From Planctomycetota bacterium (lineage in GTDB: Bacteria > Planctomycetota > B15-G4), in the NCBI GenBank assembly GCA_038212275.1, contig JBBQUR010000004.1, forward strand, positions 160,001 through 224,000: a stretch of 64,000 nucleotides of DNA, in the 5' to 3' direction. Of the stretch, positions 39,810 through 50,039 are shown one piece after another; the stretch's first letter is position 1, and each line of letters starts with the position of its first letter. Position numbers and translations under genes: made by a program. Below the pieces are notes generated by a model that had not been told where the DNA came from, did not search any database, and worked only from the letters and a program-made list of their open reading frames with translations.

Positions 39810-41276
39810 ATGCACTTTCCGCACGCGCCAGTGACCGCCGACCGCCGTCACCTGTGCCTGGTGGTCCCGCCCGTGACGGCGGAGGACCGCTACGGACCGA
39901 TGGCTTCGGCGGGCAACTCGCTGCCGCCGCATGCCTTCCTGTATCTCGGCGCGGTCGCGCGCGCCGCCGGTTGGAGCGTGTCCATCGTGGACTGCCCGGC
40001 GCTCGGCCTGCCGATCGGTCGCTGCGCGGAAACAATCCTCGCTCGCGAGCCCTCCGTCGTGGGCTTCACCGCAACGACGATGAGCATCGCGAAGGCGGCC
40101 ACGGTGGCCAATGACCTCCGCAGACTCGCGCCGGACGTCGTCATCCTCGCCGGCGGACCGCATGTCACGGCGCTGCCTCAGGAGACGATCGAGCGGCTGC
40201 CCGTCTTCGATCTGGCGTGCGCCGGCGAAGGCGAGGACGTGCTGCGCGCCATCCTGCGTCATCTGGAAGACGGCACCGACCCGCGCGACATCGCCGGCCT
40301 TGCAAGCCGCAGCGATGACGGCAGCGTGCGCTTCCTTCCGCCGTCGCACGACGAAGTGGACCTGCCTTCGCTCCCGCCGCTCGCATGGGACCTGCTCGAG
40401 GGCTTCCCGCAGCACTATCACGCCGCAGCGACGTACCTGAACAAGACGCCGTTCACGGACCTCATCGTCTCGCGCGGCTGCCGTTATCGCTGCACCTTCT
40501 GCGACAATAACACCTTCGGCCGTTCGATCCGCGCGCTTCCCGTCGACACCATCATCGAGAACGTCGACCGGCTCGAGAAGGAGTACGGCATCCGTTCGAT
40601 GTTCTTCACCGACGACTCGCTCATGACGATGAGGGATCAGTTCGTCGAGATGTGCGAGCGGCTCATCGAGCGCGACACCGGCCTGGAGTGGAGCATCAAC
40701 GTCCGCACCAGCGAGGTGAATCCCGAGATTCTCGCGCTCATGCGTCGTGCCGGCTGCTGGCAGGTGAGCTACGGCATCGAGAGCGGCTCATGGGAAATCC
40801 TGAAGCGCATCAAGAAGGCCGCGACGCCGCACATGCACGAACGGGCCCTTTTCCAGACCCGCGACGCCGGCATCAAGAGCAACGCCTACATCATCATCGG
40901 CTTCCCTGGGGAGACGCACGAGACACTGCGCGAGACCGAGGCCTTCCTGAAAAAGGTCCCGATCGACACGCTGCGCCTGACCTACTTCACGCCCTTCCCC
41001 AACACCGACATCACCGATGACCTGGCAGGCAACGGCGAGCTCGTGGCCGACTGGACCCGCCTCAACTTCTACAACATCGCCTACATCCCCAACGGACTGA
41101 CGCGCGAGGACCTCGAGCGCACCTACCGGCGGATCATGGCCAACTTCTATCTCAACCCGCGCGTGCTGATGTCCTTCCTCCCGCACCTCATCGTGCCGCG
41201 CAAGGCGATCGCGCTGTTCCGCGGCAGCTTCGGGCTCGGCAAGCTGCTGGTCGCCCGCCCCGGTTGCAACTCCTGA
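39810..41276 (+). CDS. B12-binding radical SAM protein
   Basis: N-terminal B12 domain (VGFTA, GGPHVT, GEGE); SRGCRYRCTFC; GIESGS; IGFPGET. Confidence 0.93.
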   Translation: MHFPHAPVTADRRHLCLVVPPVTAEDRYGPMASAGNSLPPHAFLYLGAVARAAGWSVSIVDCPALGLPIGRCAETILAREPSVVGFTATTMSIAKAATVANDLRRLAPDVVILAGGPHVTALPQETIERLPVFDLACAGEGEDVLRAILRHLEDGTDPRDIAGLASRSDDGSVRFLPPSHDEVDLPSLPPLAWDLLEGFPQHYHAAATYLNKTPFTDLIVSRGCRYRCTFCDNNTFGRSIRALPVDTIIENVDRLEKEYGIRSMFFTDDSLMTMRDQFVEMCERLIERDTGLEWSINVRTSEVNPEILALMRRAGCWQVSYGIESGSWEILKRIKKAATPHMHERALFQTRDAGIKSNAYIIIGFPGETHETLRETEAFLKKVPIDTLRLTYFTPFPNTDITDDLAGNGELVADWTRLNFYNIAYIPNGLTREDLERTYRRIMANFYLNPRVLMSFLPHLIVPRKAIALFRGSFGLGKLLVARPGCNS

Positions 41277-41310
41277 CCCGCGGCCCGCTGCTGCGCGCCG
41301 GAGGCACGAC

Positions 41311-42597
41311 GTGAAGACGCGCAGCCTCATCCGCCTCGACCTGATCGTGGGGCTGCCGCTCTGCACCGTGGCCTTCCTGCTGTCCCTGCCGCTGCGCCCG
41401 TTCCGGCGCAGGCCGGCCGCGCCCGTGCGCCGGATCCTCGTGATCAAATTCCTCGGACTGGGTTCGGTCCTGCTCGCGACGCCGCTGCTGCGCCGGCTGC
41501 GCGAGGAATGGCCCGAGGCGCGCATCACCTTCCTGACCTTCGCGCCCAACGCCGAACTCGTGCGCCGGCTCGACTGCGTGGACGAAGTCCTCGTCGTGCG
41601 GCGGTCGGGTCTGTTCACGCTGCTCTTCAGCGTACCGGCGCTGCTGCTCGTGCTGCGCCGGGCCCGCTTCGACCTGGCGCTCGACCTCGAGTTCTACTCG
41701 CGCCTGTCCAATCTCGTCTCGTGGGCGAGCGGGGCGCGCCGACGCATAGGCTTCTTCGTGCGCGCGCGCTGGCGCGGTTCCCTGCTCACGGATCCCGTCT
41801 ACTTCAACCCGACGCTTCCGTACGGTCGCGCGGTCCTGGCGCTCCTGAAGCCGCTGGGCCTCGAGGAAGCCACGACCGATCGGCTGGTGGCTCCCGAGGT
41901 GCAGCAGGAGGAGGCCGTCATGGCGCGCCGGCGCCTGTCGGAGCTGGGCGTGCCCGCTTCAGGCGCCGTGGTGGTCATCAACGTCAACGCCTCCGACCTC
42001 TGCGACGAGCGACGCTGGCCCGGTGAACGCTACGCGAGCCTCGTCGACCGCTTCCGCAACGAGATCGCGCAGGTGGATTGCTTCGCCTTCATCGGTGCTC
42101 CCGGCGAGGTCGCCGCGGTGCGCCAGGTCATCGACCTGATCGGCCCCGAGGCGCGACCTCTGTGCATCGACCTCGCGGGCCGCACGAATCTCGCCGAGCT
42201 CATCGTGCTGCTGCAGGGAGCCGTGCTGCTCGTCACCAATGACAGCGGGCCACTGCACCTTGCCGCCGCACTGCGCCTCCCGACGGTGAGCCTCTACGGC
42301 CCGGAGACTCCAGCGCTCTACGGCCCTGTCGGCGAAAACCACCTCGTCTTCTACGCGGGACACTGGTGTTCACCCTGCCTGTCGGTCTACAACGCCAAGA
42401 TCGCGATGTGTCACGGCGAGAACGAGTGCATGCGCCGCATCAGCCTCGACGAGGTGGTGCAACGGACGGCGGTCTTCGCGCGCGAGCGCGTCGGCCTCGC
42501 GCCACCACGTCCCGTGCGCGTCGGACAGCAGCTCCGCCCGGATGAGATCGGCCATCCCGACAACCCGGGGCTCTCGGACAGCGAGGTCCACCAGTGA
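41311..42597 (+). CDS. Glycosyltransferase family 9 (heptosyltransferase-like)
   Basis: ILVIKFLGLGSVLLATP, RRWP, DLAGRTNL, NDSGPLHLAAAL, LYGP. Confidence 0.92.
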   Translation: MKTRSLIRLDLIVGLPLCTVAFLLSLPLRPFRRRPAAPVRRILVIKFLGLGSVLLATPLLRRLREEWPEARITFLTFAPNAELVRRLDCVDEVLVVRRSGLFTLLFSVPALLLVLRRARFDLALDLEFYSRLSNLVSWASGARRRIGFFVRARWRGSLLTDPVYFNPTLPYGRAVLALLKPLGLEEATTDRLVAPEVQQEEAVMARRRLSELGVPASGAVVVINVNASDLCDERRWPGERYASLVDRFRNEIAQVDCFAFIGAPGEVAAVRQVIDLIGPEARPLCIDLAGRTNLAELIVLLQGAVLLVTNDSGPLHLAAALRLPTVSLYGPETPALYGPVGENHLVFYAGHWCSPCLSVYNAKIAMCHGENECMRRISLDEVVQRTAVFARERVGLAPPRPVRVGQQLRPDEIGHPDNPGLSDSEVHQ

Positions 42598-44003
42598 GCG
42601 CGGCACCGGCGGACGCCCGGGGCCTCGTGCTGCTGCTCGTCCCGCCCAGCCGGGGGGTGGTGATCCGCGACTACTACTGCAGCAAGCGCAGCCAGGCCCG
42701 CTACCTGCACCCGCCGATCGATCTCGTCGTGCAGGGCGGTCACTTCCGCGCACAGGGCTTCCGCGTCGAGCTGCTCGACGCCACGGTGGACCAGCTCTCG
42801 ACCTGCCAGGCCCTGCAGCGCGCGGTCGCCGCAGGACCCGACGCCATCTTCGCGCTGGCGGGCGCCGTGTCGTGGGACACCGACGCACCCTTCCTGTCCG
42901 ACGTGGCCCGGAAGACGGGCGCGCCGCTCTACGCGTCGGGCGACCTGTTCATGGAGCGGCCCGTCGAACTGCTCGGGCAGCACGCCTTCCTTGCGGGAGT
43001 GCTCACCGACTTCACGAGCGACGAGCTCGCGCGCCATCTGTCGCTCGCGGGCGGCTCGCGCTCGGCGCTCGTCCTGCCCGGCGACATGGAGGCGCCGCGT
43101 GCGCGAACCCGGGGCAGCCGCGCGATTCCGATTCCCGCGCACGACCTGTTCACGTCGCACGACTATCGCTATCCCTTCGCGCGCCGTTATCCGATGGCCG
43201 GCGTGTACGCGAGCTACGGATGTCCGTACACGTGCTCCTTCTGCATCACGGGTGAGCTGGGCACGTCCATGCGTCCGGCGGCCAACGTCATCGAAGAACT
43301 GCGCACTCTCGCGTCGCTGGGTGTGCACGAGCTCTTCTTCCAGGATCAGTGCTTCGGCTGCGCGCCGCGCGCCGGCTGGGATGCGCTGCTCGATGCGATG
43401 ATCGCGGAGGACCTCCAGCTCGGCTGGTGGACGTTCACGCGCGTGGACGTGATCGACCGCGAGCTGCTGCGGCGCATGAAGCGCGCCGGCTGCCACACGC
43501 TCATCCTCGGCGTCGAGTCCTCCTCGGACGAGATCCTCCGCAATCACCGCAAGGGCTACGGCACCGAGGCGATCCGCGCAGCCTTCCGGATGTGCGAGGA
43601 GGAGGACATCCGTACGGCGGCCACCTTCATCCTCGGCCTGCCGGAGGAGACCGCGGAGAGCATCGCGGCGACGATCGACTTTGCGTGCTCGCTGCCGGCG
43701 GACTATGCCTCGTTCAACGTGGCGGTGCCCCGGGCCGGCACGCGCCTGCGCGAGCAGGCCGTGGCCGCCGGCACGATGGACCGTGACCTCGTGGTGATGG
43801 ACCAGTCGGGATTCGAGCCGGTGCTCGACACCGCCGGTCTCTCGGCCCACGAACTGCAGCGCTGGCGGCGTCGAGCCGTCGCGCGTTTCTACCTGCGTCC
43901 AGGCTACCTGTGGAGGCGGCTGCGGCACCTGCGCACGCGCGCCGAGATGTTCGCGCAGGCTCGCGAGGCCTGGTCGCTCCTGCGCCACCTCGCCACGCCT
44001 TGA
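42594..44003 (+). CDS. Radical SAM protein with divergent B12-like N-terminal domain
   Basis: YGCPYTCSFC, GVESSS, FILGLPEET, PRAGT; GTGA overlap with GT9. Confidence 0.9.
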   Translation: MSAAPADARGLVLLLVPPSRGVVIRDYYCSKRSQARYLHPPIDLVVQGGHFRAQGFRVELLDATVDQLSTCQALQRAVAAGPDAIFALAGAVSWDTDAPFLSDVARKTGAPLYASGDLFMERPVELLGQHAFLAGVLTDFTSDELARHLSLAGGSRSALVLPGDMEAPRARTRGSRAIPIPAHDLFTSHDYRYPFARRYPMAGVYASYGCPYTCSFCITGELGTSMRPAANVIEELRTLASLGVHELFFQDQCFGCAPRAGWDALLDAMIAEDLQLGWWTFTRVDVIDRELLRRMKRAGCHTLILGVESSSDEILRNHRKGYGTEAIRAAFRMCEEEDIRTAATFILGLPEETAESIAATIDFACSLPADYASFNVAVPRAGTRLREQAVAAGTMDRDLVVMDQSGFEPVLDTAGLSAHELQRWRRRAVARFYLRPGYLWRRLRHLRTRAEMFAQAREAWSLLRHLATP

Positions 44004-46114
44004 GCCCGTCCGGACGATCGCACCGGCTCGGCTGGGTGCTCCTGCTGCTGCTCGCCGTCGGCTACCGGCTGCTGGCGCACGCGGAGATGTCGGCGGCTGC
44101 CGACACCTTTGCGCCCATCATCGACAGCGAGGCATACCTCGTGCAGGCGCTGGCCGTCGCGTCAGGGCACGACATCAGCGAAGGCGTCTACTTTCAGGCG
44201 CCGCTCTATCCGTGGGTGCTGGGCCTCACGCTGCGCGCCGCCGGCGTGCCCGGCGTGGTGGGCGCCGAGAGCACCGCCGACGTGCCGCCCGACACGGTGG
44301 CGCGCGCGCTTGCCGTGGGCCGCTGGCTGAACATGGGCTTCGGGCTGCTCGCCGTGGTGCTCGTGACGCTGCTGGCGCAGCGACTCTTCGGGGCGGGGGC
44401 GGGCTGGTGTGCAGGCGTGCTCGCCGCGCTGTGCAGTCCCTTCGTCTTCTACGAGGGCATGCTGCTCAAGGGTTCGCTGTCGCTGCTTTTCCTGCCGTGG
44501 GCCGTGCTCGCGGCCGAACGCGCGCTGACGACGGCACGGCCCCGCGTGTTTGCCTGGAGCGGCCTGGCGCTCGGACTGGGCGCGCTCGTGCGCGGAAATC
44601 TGCACGCAGTCACTCTCGTGGGGGCCGTGGTGCTGCTGGTGTGGGGATGGCGTAGAGGCCGCCTGCCGTTCGCGTGGCGCGGTGCGATGGCTCTTGGGTT
44701 CGGCGTGCTGATCGCGCTGGCGCCCGTCATCGTGCGCAACTCCCTCGTGAGCGGACGCGCCGTGCTCTCCACGGCCGCCGGCGGGACGGCCTTCTACCTG
44801 TGCAATGAGCCAGGCAACGACACCGGCCTCATCCAGCACCGCGCCATCAACCGCCAGGTGCCGTTGCACGAACTGGAAGACTGGACCGCGCTGGCGCAGG
44901 AACGCACGGGCCGTGCTCTGTCCGCCGCGGAGGTCAGCAGCTACTGGGCCGGGGAGGCGCTGGCGGGCATCTCGCGCCAGCCGGGGACGTGGCTGCTCGC
45001 GGAGGCGCGCAAGTTCTGCCTGCTTTTCTCGGGCTACGAAGCGCCCGACAACAGCATGCCGTCGTTCGCCGAACCCGAGTGCGCCGCGTTGCGACTCTCG
45101 CCCGTGCACTACGGCTTGCTGCTGCCGCTCGCGCTGGGCGGCGCCGCCCTGGCCTGGCTCGATCGACGTCGGCGCTCGGGAGGCGAGGCCCGAGCCGCCC
45201 TTGTCGTGGCGCTGCTCGCCTACGCCGCCAGCCTGCTCCTGTTCGTCGTGACGTCGCGCTTCCGCCTGCCGATGCTTCCGCTCGTCGTGGTCCTTGCGGG
45301 CGCCTGCCTCGCGCGCCTGCCAGGGCTGCTCAGGGACCGGACGCAGCGCGGCGAGGGCGGGCTCACCGCCATGGCGATGCTTGGTGGCGTGCTGCTCGGA
45401 CACGCCGCCGACTGGCCGGTCGGGCCGCTGACACCGCGGGAGCGAGCCAGCCATGTCGCCGTGTGCCTCAAGAACCGTGCGCAGGTCCGGCTGGCGCGCG
45501 GCGCGCTGAGCGAGGCCGACAGCGACCTCTACATCGCCATCGCACTGAGCCAGGCCGCCGGCATCGACGCGCCGGCGCTGCACGTGGAGCGTGCCCGGCT
45601 GGCGCGCCTGCGGCTCGTCACCGAAGCGCCGAGGATCGACGTCGCCGCCGCGCGCGAACAGTTCGAGACGAGCATGGAAGGAACGGCTCGCGAAGAGCTC
45701 GCGCGCGCGCTGGCACTCTCTGCCGACGACGCGGCCACGTTGTGCGAGCGCGGCTTGCTGGACTACGCGCTGGGCCGCTATGCGGACGCAGCCGATGCGC
45801 TGCAACGCAGCCTCGCCCTGCAGCCGCGCGAGCGCGAGGCGCTGGCCTATCGTGCGCTCGCCTTGCTCTACCTGGATCGGGACGACGAGGCCGGCTCCGT
45901 GGCCCGGCAACTCACGACACTTCGCCCGGACGACGACGACGGCTGGGCGCTGCTCGCGCTGGCTCTCCACCGAACCGGACAGGAGGCGCCCGCTCTGGAG
46001 GCTCTTGATCGCCATGACCAGCTGGCGAGCATGAGGGAGGCTGCGGGCATCCCGCGCCGCTTTCCCGATCAACCCGAGTTCCGCACGATGCGCTCCAAGC
46101 CCGAGGATCCATGA
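44000..46114 (+). CDS. GT-C (ArnT/PMT-like) polytopic glycosyltransferase with C-terminal TPRs
   Basis: PIIDSEAY loop after TM1, FQAPLYPW, many TM segments, SRFRLP, TPR helices; TTG start overlaps the upstream TGA. Confidence 0.8.
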   Translation: MSPSGRSHRLGWVLLLLLAVGYRLLAHAEMSAAADTFAPIIDSEAYLVQALAVASGHDISEGVYFQAPLYPWVLGLTLRAAGVPGVVGAESTADVPPDTVARALAVGRWLNMGFGLLAVVLVTLLAQRLFGAGAGWCAGVLAALCSPFVFYEGMLLKGSLSLLFLPWAVLAAERALTTARPRVFAWSGLALGLGALVRGNLHAVTLVGAVVLLVWGWRRGRLPFAWRGAMALGFGVLIALAPVIVRNSLVSGRAVLSTAAGGTAFYLCNEPGNDTGLIQHRAINRQVPLHELEDWTALAQERTGRALSAAEVSSYWAGEALAGISRQPGTWLLAEARKFCLLFSGYEAPDNSMPSFAEPECAALRLSPVHYGLLLPLALGGAALAWLDRRRRSGGEARAALVVALLAYAASLLLFVVTSRFRLPMLPLVVVLAGACLARLPGLLRDRTQRGEGGLTAMAMLGGVLLGHAADWPVGPLTPRERASHVAVCLKNRAQVRLARGALSEADSDLYIAIALSQAAGIDAPALHVERARLARLRLVTEAPRIDVAAAREQFETSMEGTAREELARALALSADDAATLCERGLLDYALGRYADAADALQRSLALQPREREALAYRALALLYLDRDDEAGSVARQLTTLRPDDDDGWALLALALHRTGQEAPALEALDRHDQLASMREAAGIPRRFPDQPEFRTMRSKPEDP

Positions 46115-47799
46115 CCCGACGCCTCGCGCTGCTGCTGCCCGTCCTCGCGCTGCTGCCGGCCTGCCCGGACAGCGGCGGGCGCCCGACGACGGCTGCGCCG
46201 GCCGGCGCCGTCGCTGCCGGCGGCGCTGCGAACGAGCACGCTGCAGGCGCGTACTTCGAGGCGGACGGGCAGGACTTCGCGCCGCTGCAATGTGGCCGTC
46301 CCGAATGCCCGACGATTCTCGAAGTGAACGGCGGCGGCGCCGCCTTCTTCGATGCCGACGACGACGGGGACATGGACCTGCTCGTGGTGAGCCCCGGCGC
46401 CTACCCCGAGCACGGTGCGACGCCGGGCGGCACCAACAGGCTGTATCGCAATGACGACGGGCGCTTCTCGGACGTGACCTCCGGCAGCGGCGTCGATGTC
46501 GGCGTCTACTGCAATGGCGTGGCCGTCGGCGACTTCGACAGCGACGGTCGGCGCGACCTCTACCTCACCTGTCACGGCCGCAACGTGCTGCTGCGCAACG
46601 AGGGCGGACTGCACTTCTCGCTGGTTCCGGACGCAGCCGGCGCGGCCGCCGACGGCTGGAGCACCAGCGCCGTGTTCGTCGACATCGATCGAGACGGCGA
46701 CCCGGATCTCTACGTCACGCGCTACCTCGACTTCGACGCGGACGACCCGCCGATGCACGGCGAGCAGGGCCGCAGCTGCCTGTGGCTGGGCATGCCCGTC
46801 ATGTGCGGGCCGCAAGGCCTGCCCGCGCAGGCCGACCTGTTCTTCGTGAACGAGGACGGCCGTTTCCGGGAAGCGACGGCGGAGCGCGGCTTCGGCGCGA
46901 CGCCGTCGTACGGACTCGGCGTGATCGACGGCGACTGGAACGGCGATGGCTGGCCGGATGTCTACGTCAGCAACGACTCGATGCCGAACTTCCTGTTTCT
47001 CTCCGACGGGAAGGGCGGCGTGAAGGAGGCCGGTGTGCTCTCCGGCGCGGCCCTTTCGTCACGTGGCCGCGAGCAGGCCGGCATGGGCATCGCCTCCGGC
47101 GACACGGATGGCGACGGCGACGAAGACCTCCTCGTCACCAACTTCTCTCTCGAGCCGAATGCGCTCTACGTGAATCGCGGTCACGGGCTGTTCACCGACA
47201 TGTCCGACCCGTCGGGGCTCGGTGGCCCGTCGCGCCCGCTGCTCGGCTGGGGTGCGCTCTTTGCCGACGTCGATCTCGACGGCGACCTGGACCTGCTCAC
47301 CGCCAACGGCCACGTCTACCCGCAGGCCGATGCGCCGGACACCGGCACGTCCTACGCCCAGCCCGACATGCTCTACCTCAACGACGGCAAGGGACGCTTC
47401 TCCGTGGGCCACTGGCCCGGTGAGCAGCCCGCCGTGAGTCGCGCGCTGGCGGCAGGCGACGTGGACGACGACGGCGTCACCGACGTGTTGATCACGCACC
47501 TGCACGGACCACCCGTGTTGTGGCGCGGCACCGCCGTCGGTCCGGTGCTCGACCTCCGGCTGCACGGGCCGCCGGGCAATCCGGATGGATGCGGCACCAC
47601 GGCCATCGTCCGCGACGAGCTGGGAGTCCGCCACGCGAGGGTGCGCACCAGCGGGGGCTACCAGTCCGCGTCGGATCCGCGCCTGCGCTTCGCGTGGCGC
47701 GGCCCCGCGACGCTCGCGCTGACCTTTCCCGACGGGCGGACGCACGAGCAGCGCGTGGAAGCTCCGGGCCCGGTGGTGGTGGAGGTGCCCGCACGATGA
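46111..47799 (+). CDS. CRTAC1/ASPIC-UnbV family lipoprotein with FG-GAP repeats
   Basis: LPA-C lipobox; FFDADDDGDMD, GDFDSDGRRD, AGMGIASGD; GGYQS ASPIC-like tail. Confidence 0.9.
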   Translation: MTRRLALLLPVLALLPACPDSGGRPTTAAPAGAVAAGGAANEHAAGAYFEADGQDFAPLQCGRPECPTILEVNGGGAAFFDADDDGDMDLLVVSPGAYPEHGATPGGTNRLYRNDDGRFSDVTSGSGVDVGVYCNGVAVGDFDSDGRRDLYLTCHGRNVLLRNEGGLHFSLVPDAAGAAADGWSTSAVFVDIDRDGDPDLYVTRYLDFDADDPPMHGEQGRSCLWLGMPVMCGPQGLPAQADLFFVNEDGRFREATAERGFGATPSYGLGVIDGDWNGDGWPDVYVSNDSMPNFLFLSDGKGGVKEAGVLSGAALSSRGREQAGMGIASGDTDGDGDEDLLVTNFSLEPNALYVNRGHGLFTDMSDPSGLGGPSRPLLGWGALFADVDLDGDLDLLTANGHVYPQADAPDTGTSYAQPDMLYLNDGKGRFSVGHWPGEQPAVSRALAAGDVDDDGVTDVLITHLHGPPVLWRGTAVGPVLDLRLHGPPGNPDGCGTTAIVRDELGVRHARVRTSGGYQSASDPRLRFAWRGPATLALTFPDGRTHEQRVEAPGPVVVEVPAR

Positions 47800-48851
47800 G
47801 TCGTCTCGTTGCGATGCGCCGGGCCGTCGTCCTGCTCGGGTGTCTCGCGCTTCCTCTCGGTTGCAGCGATGAGGCCACGCAGGTGTCGCGTGCCGCCGAC
47901 GCGCATGCTTCCGCCGACGGCCAGAGGGCCGCCGAGGCGCCGCTCACGAAGGAAGAGATGGGCGTCGTGCAGATGGCCGCACGGTCGGTGCAGGCCGAGC
48001 GCTTCGAAGATGCGGCGCGGCTGCTCGCCCCGCTGCTTGCCCGCACGCCGCCGCCTGCGGACGCGCAGTTCATCGCCGGCTCCGCCGCGTACGAGCTGGG
48101 CGACTACGCCGAGGCCGTCACGCGCCTCACCGACGCGATTGCCCGCAAGCCGGTGTTCGTGCGCGACAGTTCCGCGCTCGGCTTCGCGCACTTCAAGCTG
48201 GGCAATTTCGCCGGAGCGCGCGAGAGCTTCGAGCGCATCGTGGGCGCCAACGACGGTGCCTACAAGGCACATTACGGACTGGGACTCGTCGCGCTTTCGG
48301 AAGGACGGCTTCCCGAGGCGCGCGCCCACCTGGAGCGCTCGCTCGCCCTCAAGCCCGGGTACCTGAAGGCGCGCTTCCAGATGGCGCGACTGCTGCAGGA
48401 GGAGGGGCGCCTTCAGGAAGCGGCCGACGCGTTGCAGGCCGTGCTGGCCGACTGGCCCACGCACGAGGAGGCGCTCTACCGCTTGTCGCAGGTGATGCTC
48501 GCACTCGGGCGGGAGGACGAGGCCGCTGCGCTCGTGGAGCGCCACGCGCAGGTCTACAAGGCACGCGAGGCCATCGGAAGCCTCGTCCAGCGCATCCGGT
48601 CGGGAGACGACCAGCCCGCGATGCACGCGGAGATCGTGCGGCTGTGGCTCGAAGTCGGCGACGACGAGGAGGCTCTGCGTGCCCTCGCGGACGGCCTGCG
48701 CCGCTTTCCCGACGACCCGCTGCTCGAGTCGATCCGCGCCTCGCTGCACCCGTCCGAGGACGTGCCGGACACGCCTCCGGGCGCTTCGGATGCGCACGTC
48801 GCCGAGCCCGCGCATGACGCGGAGCCTGCGCCTGACGCCGCGCCTCGTTGA
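47796..48851 (+). CDS. Tetratricopeptide repeat lipoprotein
   Basis: PLG-C lipobox; TPR units (AHYGLGLV, ARFQMARL, ALYRLSQV); ATGA overlap. Confidence 0.88.
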   Translation: MSRLVAMRRAVVLLGCLALPLGCSDEATQVSRAADAHASADGQRAAEAPLTKEEMGVVQMAARSVQAERFEDAARLLAPLLARTPPPADAQFIAGSAAYELGDYAEAVTRLTDAIARKPVFVRDSSALGFAHFKLGNFAGARESFERIVGANDGAYKAHYGLGLVALSEGRLPEARAHLERSLALKPGYLKARFQMARLLQEEGRLQEAADALQAVLADWPTHEEALYRLSQVMLALGREDEAAALVERHAQVYKAREAIGSLVQRIRSGDDQPAMHAEIVRLWLEVGDDEEALRALADGLRRFPDDPLLESIRASLHPSEDVPDTPPGASDAHVAEPAHDAEPAPDAAPR

Positions 48852-48945
48852 AGCGCGGCGCCGCAAGGCCTAGACTGTCCGGCTTCGTTTCTGCTGTCCG
48901 AACGGCACTGTGGCCGCATCCGACAGCTGCTCTCGAGAGACACCC

Positions 48946-50034
48946 ATGACCACCCACGCAGTGACCCTGATCCGCGGCGACGGCACCGGCCCCGAGCTGG
49001 CCGCCGTCACGCAGCAGTGCCTGGAAGCCACCGGAGTCAAGTTCGACTGGGATGTCGTGGACGCCGGCGAAGCCACCATGGCCTCGCAGGGCACGCCGCT
49101 TCCGAAGTCGGTGCTCGACTCGCTGCGCCGCAACAAGGTGGGCATCAAGGCGCCGATCACCACGCCCGTCGGCACGGGCTTCCGTTCGGTGAACGTTGCG
49201 CTGCGCAAGGAGCTGGACCTGTTCGCCTGCGTGCGGCCGTGCCGCACCTTCGCGGGCGTCGCCGCCTACCACAAGAACGTGGATCTCGTCATCGTGCGCG
49301 AGAACACGGAGGACCTGTACGCCGGCATCGAGTTCGAGAAGGACAAGGAAGACACCGCGCGCCTCATGGAGCTGATCCGCGAGTACCGCCCGGGCGCCAC
49401 CTTCGGCGCGCACTGCGGCATCTCGATCAAGCCGATCAGCGTCGAGCGCAGCCGCCGCATCGTGGAGTTCGCCTTCGACTACGCGCGCAGGAACAAGCGC
49501 AAGAAGGTCACGGCCGTCCACAAGGCCAACATCATGAAGTTCAGCGACGGGCTGTTTCTCGAGGTCGCGCGACAGGTCGCCGCCGAGAACCCCGACATCG
49601 CCTTCAATGACCGCATCGTCGACAACATGTGCATGCAGCTCGTGCAGACGCCGCAGGACTACGACGTGCTCGTGCTCCCGAACCTGTACGGCGACATCCT
49701 GTCCGACCTGTGCGCCGCTCTCGTGGGCGGGCTCGGCGTCGCACCGGGCGCCAACATCGGCGTGCACGGCGCGATGTTCGAGGCCGTGCACGGCAGCGCG
49801 CCCAAGTACGCGGGGATGAACAAGGTCAACCCGACCGCGATGATCCTGTCCGGCGTGCTCATGCTGCGCTACCTCGGCGAGACGAGCGCTGCGGACCGGC
49901 TCGAGCGCGCGGTGGCCGCCGTGCTCGCCGAGGGCAAGGACGTCACTTACGACCTGCGCCCGGGCAAGAACCCGGTCGGAGCGGCGGGCACTCGCGAAAT
50001 GGCCCAGGCGATCATCCGTCACCTGGATCCCTGA
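48946..50034 (+). CDS. icd: Isocitrate dehydrogenase (isocitrate/isopropylmalate dehydrogenase family)
   Basis: [47 protein letters not shown]. Confidence 0.9.
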   Translation: MTTHAVTLIRGDGTGPELAAVTQQCLEATGVKFDWDVVDAGEATMASQGTPLPKSVLDSLRRNKVGIKAPITTPVGTGFRSVNVALRKELDLFACVRPCRTFAGVAAYHKNVDLVIVRENTEDLYAGIEFEKDKEDTARLMELIREYRPGATFGAHCGISIKPISVERSRRIVEFAFDYARRNKRKKVTAVHKANIMKFSDGLFLEVARQVAAENPDIAFNDRIVDNMCMQLVQTPQDYDVLVLPNLYGDILSDLCAALVGGLGVAPGANIGVHGAMFEAVHGSAPKYAGMNKVNPTAMILSGVLMLRYLGETSAADRLERAVAAVLAEGKDVTYDLRPGKNPVGAAGTREMAQAIIRHLDP

Positions 50035-50039
50035 CCGGC

